Source of the DNA: Candidatus Dormiibacterota bacterium
Lineage (GTDB): Bacteria > Chloroflexota > Dormibacteria > Aeolococcales > Aeolococcaceae
NCBI GenBank assembly: GCA_963833055.1
Contig: CAWHWM010000004.1
Location: 391,643 to 455,642, forward strand
Direction: 5' to 3'
DNA: 64,000 nt
The notes beneath the pieces are model-generated. The model was not told where the DNA came from. It ran no database searches and was given only the letters and a program-made list of their open reading frames with translations. Made by a program: the position numbers and the translations under genes. Below, in pieces: positions 58,501 through 64,000 of the stretch (position 1 is the first letter of the stretch; every line of letters begins with the position of its first letter).

Positions 58501-59165
58501 TGCAGCAGCGTGTCGACACCACCATCAACGAGCTCGGCGCGCATCTCGACGGACTCATCGTGCAGGTGGGCGGTGCGATCCGCGACATGCGCACCTTCGT
58601 GCCCCGCCGGAGCACCACCGGCCAGCGCATGGCTGCGCTGCAGATCGAGGATCTCACCGGAACGGTCGAGGTGGTGGTGTTCGCCCGCGTGTTCGAGGAG
58701 TGCGTCTCGGCGCTGCGTCCTGACGCGGTGGTGGTCGTGCGCGGCAAGGTGGAGGCCGGCCGCACCAGCAGCACCGGTGCCACACCTCCCCCTGGCGAGG
58801 ATGACGATCGCGTTGACCTCGAGCCTCCGCAGATCCTCGCCGAGGCTGTGTACGCGTACGACGATCCTCGCCTCGCCACGTGGCGACGGGACAGCACCGT
58901 CCACATCAGCGTCAACGCGTCGCAGATCGGCCGCCTCCCGGCGCTTCGTCAAGCGCTCGAGGATCACCAGGGTGATTGCGCGGTGGTCCTGCACGTCGAC
59001 TCGGGCACGAGTGTCGACGAGATCACGCTGAGCGTCGATTTCGCCGTCGAGCCGTGCCCCGCACTCGAGCGCGCGGTGGAGAACCTGGTGGGGGAGAAGG
59101 CATATCGCATCGAGATGCGCCGCGTGCGGGCACCGGAACGCGAGCGGTCAGCTGCGCGTCGCTGA
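55551..59165 (+). CDS. dnaE: DNA polymerase III alpha subunit
   Basis: PHP domain FVHLHTHSEFSLLDG, polymerase core (GPGRGSAAGS, PDIDIDF), and OB-fold C-terminus. 1204 aa, uninterrupted. Confidence 0.97.
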   Translation: MQGTSETGEEIETGGFVHLHTHSEFSLLDGMSRVSELVDTAKAMGQTAVAITDHGVLYGAVDFYSAARAAKLNPIIGCEMYMAPRARTDREGRADRDPNHLILLARNDVGYRNLIKLVSASHLEGYYYKPRIDRELLAAHAEGLICLSACLGGELPQAIVRGDLDAAESIARWHAEVFGHDNYFLELQAHGIPEEEAVREGLVEIARRTGLPLVATNDSHYIKPEDAEAHDILLCLQTGARREEEKRFRLSGPDYYLASTQQMRERFAAYGEAVSNTVAIADRCHVEIPLGRNLLPTYSPIPEGLDADTYLLQLCETGVRERYGDAFNDEVRDRLSMELDVIRDAGFSAYFLIVWDLIKAARSDGVRVGPGRGSAAGSVVSYVLHITDIEPLQYGLIFERFLNRERVQMPDIDIDFDDVGRGRVLAYVQEKYGRDRVAQIITFGTMAARAAIRDVGRVLNVPLPDVDRLAKLVPQVVSITLDRALKESRELNELYEHEAWATQIIDIARRLEGICRNASTHAAGVVIGSEPLANIVPLQRSTTGDGTAVTQFDMHGVSEIGLLKIDFLGLSNLTVIAEAVETVRATRGIDLDIDHIPLDDAKTYELLCKADTHGIFQLEATFAKRILIDMQPSSLADMGVAVALNRPGPIEGGATGMWMRRKRGEEAVTYMLPELEPILKETYGAILYQDQVMKIASAVAGFSLGEADILRAAMGKKDKVKMAKQREQFLSGAAARGVAAETALELFELIALFAGYGFNGAHSIAYGLIAYQTAYLKANYPREYMAALLNSRADNFDRLKQSILDAHARGLVVRPPDVNRSAPAFSLGDEAQGEILYGLRHIKNVGERIAADIVVERDAAGPFTSLFDLCLRVSSRDLNRRVVEALIRSGACDSLGERGAMLAVLDRAIDRAATIRRERESGQTSLFGETVVLLEPVSQPTDDVEGREVNGPYAIAADERLSWEREFLGMYLSDHPLRRIAGELQQRVDTTINELGAHLDGLIVQVGGAIRDMRTFVPRRSTTGQRMAALQIEDLTGTVEVVVFARVFEECVSALRPDAVVVVRGKVEAGRTSSTGATPPPGEDDDRVDLEPPQILAEAVYAYDDPRLATWRRDSTVHISVNASQIGRLPALRQALEDHQGDCAVVLHVDSGTSVDEITLSVDFAVEPCPALERAVENLVGEKAYRIEMRRVRAPERERSAARR

Positions 59166-59177
59166 CAGGGGCGCTGC

Positions 59178-59747
59178 TCAGACCGGGCCGAGCAGCAACC
59201 CGAACACGATCTTGATCACGATGATCAGGACGATGTACATGACCAGCGCGGCGATCGCCGGATAGTCGAGCCCTGCGGCTGCCCGGCCGCGCTGCAGCCC
59301 GGAGAACGGCGCCACCAGGGGATTGGTCATCGACCGGACCATCTGCACCATGGGATGCCACGGGTCCGCGTGGAACACCGCGAGCAGGATGCGGATGAAC
59401 ACGATGATCGCGATGGCGATCGCGATGTCGACCACCAATTCCTCGACGAGCAACTCGATCGCCTGGATCGGATCCGTCGTGTATCCGAAGACGAGGTTCT
59501 GCAGGATCTGCGCGACGAAGTAGATGACGACGATCGCGAGGATCGGGGAGAAGTCGATGCCGCTGAAGTTCGGCAGGATCTTGCGGAACGGCGCAAGGAT
59601 CGGGTCGACGATGATGCGCAGCCACCGCACCACCGGATGCCACGGGCTGAGGCCGATCCACGAGACCGCGATGCGCGCGATGATGAGCACGGTCAACACG
59701 TCCGCGATGAAGCCGATGACGTACCACAGGAAGGGCGTCTGGATCAC
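59178..59747 (-). CDS. YggT-family membrane protein (two YggT repeats)
   Basis: Two copies of the pattern W.P....V...T.P...PF. The GTG start at 59747 overlaps the lgt TGA as GTGA. Confidence 0.7.
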   Translation of the reverse strand: MIQTPFLWYVIGFIADVLTVLIIARIAVSWIGLSPWHPVVRWLRIIVDPILAPFRKILPNFSGIDFSPILAIVVIYFVAQILQNLVFGYTTDPIQAIELLVEELVVDIAIAIAIIVFIRILLAVFHADPWHPMVQMVRSMTNPLVAPFSGLQRGRAAAGLDYPAIAALVMYIVLIIVIKIVFGLLLGPV

Positions 59748-60673
59748 AGTGCTGCGGCCTGCTCGGTTGCTTCGGCAGGCGGTTCCGGTTTTCGCTTCTC
59801 GAGGTGCCCGATCGTGCGCCGCCACACCACGTAGAGCAGCGGCACGGCGATGACCAGCATCGCGATCGACGTCCACTGCGCCTCGCGCAGCCCGAGTGGT
59901 CCAGGCGGCTCGCTCTTGCGGAACTCGAAGAGGATCAACTGGCTGACCGCATACAGTGCGACGTACGTGATCGCGAGCACACCGGCGCGGACGTTCCTTC
60001 GGAAGAGCAGGTAGAGGACGACGCCGATACAGATCGTGCCGAGCGCCTCGTACACCGCCGCGGGCTGGTACGCGACGCAATTTCCGGGCGTGCAGAGCGT
60101 GAAACCCGCCTGCAGGATGGCGTGGGGATTCGAATATGCAGTCGCCCACGGAAGTGTGCTCGGCGCCCCCAGAATGTCGCCGTTGATCACGTTGCCGATG
60201 CGTCCGATCGGCTGCCCGACCACCGCGAACAGCACGCCACCATCGAGCGCGATCCAGGGGTTGTATCCATACCGCCACGCGCAGATCGCGAGTGTCGCGA
60301 ACCCCACGATGATCGCCCCGAAGAACGCCATGCCGCCCTGCCAGAACGCGATGATGTTGATCGGCTTGAGCACGTAGTCCTGCCACAGGTCCGGCTGCTG
60401 CACGACGTAATACAGCCGTCCGCCGAGCAGCCCGAAGATGATCGTCCACACGCAGATCTTCTCGGCCACCGCCTTCGGGAGGCCGCGCCTGCGCGCATAC
60501 GGCAGCACCCCGAACTGATACGCGGCGAGGAACGCCAGCGCATACATGATCCCGTACCAGTGAATGGGTATCGGACCGATATTCAGGACCGGGTCGATGT
60601 TGATGGTGATGAAGCCGAGGAGGCCGGGGCTAGCGGTCACGGCTGCCATCATGGGGGCTCCCAGCCGCGGCAT
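59744..60673 (-). CDS. lgt: Prolipoprotein diacylglyceryl transferase
   Basis: IHWYGIMYALAF, GGRLYYV, and GRIGN.INGD motifs. The true start may be an internal ATG at 60649-60652. Confidence 0.88.
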   Translation of the reverse strand: MPRLGAPMMAAVTASPGLLGFITINIDPVLNIGPIPIHWYGIMYALAFLAAYQFGVLPYARRRGLPKAVAEKICVWTIIFGLLGGRLYYVVQQPDLWQDYVLKPINIIAFWQGGMAFFGAIIVGFATLAICAWRYGYNPWIALDGGVLFAVVGQPIGRIGNVINGDILGAPSTLPWATAYSNPHAILQAGFTLCTPGNCVAYQPAAVYEALGTICIGVVLYLLFRRNVRAGVLAITYVALYAVSQLILFEFRKSEPPGPLGLREAQWTSIAMLVIAVPLLYVVWRRTIGHLEKRKPEPPAEATEQAAAL

Positions 60674-61262
60674 GCACCTCGAGGATGCGGTACCCCGCCT
60701 TCGACCGGACCCGCTCGACGCGGTGGCCGAGACCGGTGAGCCAGGCGGCCAGTGAATCGGCGCCGAGATGCCGCTGGACCACCAGCGTGGCCGCTGCTCC
60801 GGGCTGGAGGCGGCCGATCCAGGTCAGCAGCAGCGCATGCAGCGCCTCCTTGCCCAGGCGGACCGGCGGGTTGGAGTACACCGCCGCGAACCGGACGCGG
60901 TCGGGCACGCTGTCCGGCTCGGCCGGGACGACATTGCCGGCACCTGCCCGCTCGGCATTGCGCGCGCAGAGGTCGAGCGCCCGGCGGTTGACGTCCACCG
61001 CCCACACCCGGGCGTCGGGGTTGCGCAGTGCCAGCGTGATGGCGATCGCGCCATAGCCGCAGCCCACATCGACGATCTCGCCGGGAGGCACCGGCCCGAT
61101 GGTCCGGAGCAGGAGATCGGTGCCCGCGTCGAGATGCCCGTGCGCGAAGACCCCCCGGTCCGTGTCGAGCTCGAAGCTCAGGTCCGGGAGGTGGACCTGG
61201 ATCGTCCGCGGGTGCGAAGCGACCTTCGGATCGGCGCTGAAGTAGTGGTCCTGGGTCACCAT
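60630..61262 (-). CDS. Class I SAM-dependent methyltransferase (RsmC/RlmG small-domain type)
   Basis: GVFAHGHLDAGTDLL, SAM motif VDVGCGYGAI, and catalytic SNPPV. Confidence 0.75.
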   Translation of the reverse strand: MVTQDHYFSADPKVASHPRTIQVHLPDLSFELDTDRGVFAHGHLDAGTDLLLRTIGPVPPGEIVDVGCGYGAIAITLALRNPDARVWAVDVNRRALDLCARNAERAGAGNVVPAEPDSVPDRVRFAAVYSNPPVRLGKEALHALLLTWIGRLQPGAAATLVVQRHLGADSLAAWLTGLGHRVERVRSKAGYRILEVHAAAGSPHDGSRDR

Positions 61263-61284
61263 GGCAGGGTAGTAGGCTGCGGCC

Positions 61285-62466
61285 GTGAGCACGTATGACG
61301 TGGCCGTCGTCGGCCTCGGTGCCGCCGGCGCCGCCACCCTCTACCAACTGGCTCGCCGCGGGGTTCGCGCCGTCGGCATCGATCGATTCTCGCCGCCGCA
61401 CATCTACGGATCGACCCACGGCGAGACCCGCATCACCCGCGAGGCGATCGGCGAAGGCGAGGCGTACACGCCGCTGGTGCAGCGCTCGCACGCCATCTGG
61501 CGCGAGCTCGAAGCCGAGACCGGCGAGGACCTGCTCACGCAGTGCGGTGGCCTGATCATCGAGGCCGCCGGTGGCGGGGCCGCCGGGCACCATCGCCACG
61601 AGTTCCTGGCCAGCACGATCGCCTGCGCCCGCAGATACGGGATCCCACACGAGCTGCTCAGCGCGGCGGACGTCGCCGGACGCTTCCCGCAGTTCGGTGT
61701 GGACGGCACCGAATCCGCCTACTACGAGCCGTCAGCAGGGTTCGTGCGCCCGGAGCGATGCGTCGGCACCCAGCTCACCGTAGCCGCCCGCCTCGGCGCC
61801 GAGATCCGCCGCGACGAGCGCGTGCTCAGCGTTGAGACGTCCAGGGCCGGCGTGCGCGTCCTCACCGACCACGGCGTCGTCCAGGCCGAACGCGTGGTCC
61901 TGGCAGTCGGCCCTTGGGTGCGCGACTTCGTCGGGGCCGAGCAGCTCCGCCTGTTCAACGTGTACCGCCAGGTGCTGACGTGGTTCGAGCTGCGCCCCGA
62001 CGCGGTCGACCACACGCCAGGGGCGATGCCCGTCTTCATCTGGGGCTTCGAGGACGGCAACGCGATCTACGGATTCCCCGCGATCGACGGGACGCGCGAG
62101 GTCAAGGTGGCAGAGGAGCAGCTCGACAGCCCGACCAGCGCGGACGACGTCTCCCTCGAGGTCGCGGATGCCGAGCCCCGCGCCTTCCACGATCGCATCG
62201 TCAGCGTCCGGCTGCCCGGCCTCTCCCCACGATACCTGCGGGCGGCGCGCTGCCTCTACACCGTCACGCCGGACGCGAACTTCGTCATCGACGAACACCC
62301 CGATCTCGACGGCGTGCTCCTCGTCTCGCCCTGCTCGGGGCATGGGTTCAAGCACTCAGCCGGCGTGGGCGAGGCCATCGCGCAGCGCGTGACCACCGGC
62401 GCGAGTGATGTCGACCTCTCGCCGTTCCGGCTCGATCGATTCGCGGAGTCCCCCGCGGCCGTTTAG
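61285..62466 (+). CDS. FAD-dependent oxidoreductase of the sarcosine / N-methyltryptophan oxidase (MSOX/SolA) family
   Basis: YDVAVVGLGAAGAATLYQLARRG dinucleotide fold and SPCSGHGFKH, the position of the covalent-FAD cysteine in this family. Confidence 0.75.
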   Translation: MSTYDVAVVGLGAAGAATLYQLARRGVRAVGIDRFSPPHIYGSTHGETRITREAIGEGEAYTPLVQRSHAIWRELEAETGEDLLTQCGGLIIEAAGGGAAGHHRHEFLASTIACARRYGIPHELLSAADVAGRFPQFGVDGTESAYYEPSAGFVRPERCVGTQLTVAARLGAEIRRDERVLSVETSRAGVRVLTDHGVVQAERVVLAVGPWVRDFVGAEQLRLFNVYRQVLTWFELRPDAVDHTPGAMPVFIWGFEDGNAIYGFPAIDGTREVKVAEEQLDSPTSADDVSLEVADAEPRAFHDRIVSVRLPGLSPRYLRAARCLYTVTPDANFVIDEHPDLDGVLLVSPCSGHGFKHSAGVGEAIAQRVTTGASDVDLSPFRLDRFAESPAAV

Positions 62467-62807
62467 ACCGGCGGTGGCGTGGGGGCGGTCACCCGGTTGG
62501 CGATGACGGCGGTGCCGTACGCGCAGATCTCCGTCCACGTGCCACCCATCTCCGAGGTGTCGAAGCGCATCCCCACAATGGCGTTGCCGCCCTTGGACGT
62601 CGCTTCCTCGACCATCCGCTGGATGACCTCATTGCGGCTGTTGGCGAGGTTGGTCGTCATCCCCTTGAGCTCGCCGCCCATGATCGACTTCAGCCCTGCG
62701 CCGAACTGCGAGCCGATGTTGCGGGCGCGCACGGTGAGCCCGAAGACCTCGCCGAGGACTTCAGTGATCTGGTAGCCGGGCAGGTCGTTGGCAGTGCTGA
62801 TGAGCAT
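62463..62807 (-). CDS. YbjQ/UPF0145-family protein
   Basis: ITEVLGEVFGLTVRARNIG.....GGE......L...R......M...A...GGNAIVGMRFD pattern over 114 aa. Confidence 0.8.
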   Translation of the reverse strand: MLISTANDLPGYQITEVLGEVFGLTVRARNIGSQFGAGLKSIMGGELKGMTTNLANSRNEVIQRMVEEATSKGGNAIVGMRFDTSEMGGTWTEICAYGTAVIANRVTAPTPPPV

Positions 62808-62907
62808 CGGGGGCCTCCTGGTGAACCGGTTGTGCGTTTTGGTGTTTGCGCTGGATTAAGTGATACCCGCGGTCGCGTGATTCAAGGCCTCCAGTGCGAG
62901 TCCAGTC

Positions 62908-63585
62908 TCACGCGCGAGCCGTTCGCTCGCGCTCCGACTCCGCTCGTGCTGAGAACCATGCGAGGGTCGCCGGGAGCAGGAACGGAACGAGCAGCAGCCG
63001 CAGCCAGTCCCAGAGCGTGTTGCCCTGGAAGCCGGTCCAGCCCCAGTTCAGCGCGTAGCCGCCGACCACCACCACCACGAAGATCACCAACCCCGTGATG
63101 CCGACCACCCGCCAGCGGCTCTCGAAGCGCTTGTTCGTCGCGAACCAGAGCGGCAGCGACGCCACCACGATCGGCAGCGCCAGCAGCTCCAGCCAGTCCC
63201 ACAGCGTGTTGCCCTGGAAGCCGGTCCACTGCCAGTTCAGCGCGTAGCCGCCGATCACCAGCACCGCGAACGCCAGGACGACCACGCCGAACACGACGTG
63301 CCACTCCATCATCCAGCGCTGCCGCGTGCGGTACCAGAGCGGCAGTGTCGCGAGCACCACCGGCAGCACGATCACGTGGAGGAGATCCCAGAGCTGGTCG
63401 CTCGGGGTCACGCCGGTCCACGTCCAGTGGAACTCGTACCCGCCGATCAGCGCGATCGTGAGGGCGATCACCCCGCCCGGGAGCACCCATTTGATCAGCG
63501 GCGAGATCGGTTGCGCCGTCGTGTTGCGCGTTCGTGCGAGATCCACGCCGGGAATGATGCCAGTGCTAGCGCAGGGTGTTGGCAA
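62908..63585 (-). CDS. Membrane protein built from three tandem repeats of about 63 aa (GGYxxxWxWTGFxGNTLWDWLxLL...LPLW)
   Basis: The repeats are visible at protein level. Repeats 2 and 3 are also visible at nucleotide level: 63001-63060 versus 63190-63249, offset 189 nt, about 93% identity. Confidence 0.7.
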   Translation of the reverse strand: MPTPCASTGIIPGVDLARTRNTTAQPISPLIKWVLPGGVIALTIALIGGYEFHWTWTGVTPSDQLWDLLHVIVLPVVLATLPLWYRTRQRWMMEWHVVFGVVVLAFAVLVIGGYALNWQWTGFQGNTLWDWLELLALPIVVASLPLWFATNKRFESRWRVVGITGLVIFVVVVVGGYALNWGWTGFQGNTLWDWLRLLLVPFLLPATLAWFSARAESERERTARA

Positions 63586-64000
63586 CTGCCTGGACGAATG
63601 CCGGATGCACGCCCCGCAGCTGCACCCACCGCGTCCCGAAACCGTCCTTGGTCACGCGGCCCCGGATCCCCAGCGTCTGCGATTCCAGGACGCTTGCGAT
63701 GACGGCGCCGATGAATGCCGCGATTCCCGCGACGAGCAGGATCGTGACCGCAATCGTCCCCGCCACTCCCGGAATGACTGCACCCGCCACCACGGCGAGG
63801 ATGCAGGCCACGATCCCTGCGAAGAATGCCAGCGATCCAGTTTGTCGCAGCCGTTCGACGCGGGCCGCGATCGGCGAGATCACCGGCAACCTGCCGGTCG
63901 ATGCCTGATGCGTGAACAGGAACGCCACGATCAGCGCGAACCAGCTGATCAGGAAGAGGCATCCAACCCACTGCGGTGTGCTTGCGTACCGCCGCTTGAG
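63566..64000 (-). CDS. Hypothetical membrane protein; 5' end lies outside the window
   Basis: The frame stays open to the window edge (LKRRYASTPQWVGCLFLISWFALIVAFLF...). It has hydrophobic segments and a C-terminal soluble domain. Confidence 0.5.
   Translation of the reverse strand, partial: LKRRYASTPQWVGCLFLISWFALIVAFLFTHQASTGRLPVISPIAARVERLRQTGSLAFFAGIVACILAVVAGAVIPGVAGTIAVTILLVAGIAAFIGAVIASVLESQTLGIRGRVTKDGFGTRWVQLRGVHPAFVQAVANTLR

Noticed and set aside
1-64000. tRNA or rRNA genes, riboswitches, and transposase or IS elements
   Set aside because: The only T-arm-like GGTTCGA motif found belongs to the tmRNA. No rRNA-like conserved blocks were seen. No DDE, serine or tyrosine recombinase motifs were recognised among the translated ORFs. 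This was a scan by eye, not a covariance-model search, so small RNAs could have been missed.

Overview
GC-rich bacterial chromosomal segment (about two-thirds G+C by eye, not computed). Gene content and the frequent 4-nt GTGA/ATGA stop-start overlaps suggest an actinobacterium-like core genome. I recognise about 58 protein-coding genes and one tmRNA. I saw no rRNA, tRNA, CRISPR array, transposase, integrase or phage genes. Left part: an rluD-gmk-coaBC-priA-def-fmt-smpB string, then hflX, a macrolide-type GT1 glycosyltransferase, an MFS pump, ssrA, secreted lipoproteins and an ArsR-MFS pair. Middle: an oligosaccharide-utilisation locus with an Opp/Dpp-type ABC importer, secreted GH9, ROK regulator, GH4 hydrolase, BadF-type kinase, SIS isomerase and PIG-L deacetylase. 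It is followed by a TPR-GGDEF cyclase, a Kelch protein, an S51 peptidase, a LURP-one-like protein and lhr. Right part: an orphan HAMP-GAF histidine kinase, dnaK, pcm, gatCAB, an RlmD-like methyltransferase, dnaE, yggT-lgt, an MSOX-like oxidase and ybjQ. Two properties are unusual. (1) Five unrelated short tandem-repeat arrays (units 33-66 bp) all lie in the first 19 kb, and each is anchored on a CDS terminus. Three of them fill intercistronic junctions and regenerate stop/start-overlapping mini-ORFs, which resembles mycobacterial MIRUs except that the units are locus-specific. (2) At least 11 frame disruptions occur in 10 otherwise well-conserved genes, including gmk, coaBC, priA and gatA. Nine of the 11 are +1 and three sit in G-runs. 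Uncorrected indel errors are the most economical explanation, but this needs read-level confirmation. All functional calls come from motif and family recognition by eye; no database search or computation was run.
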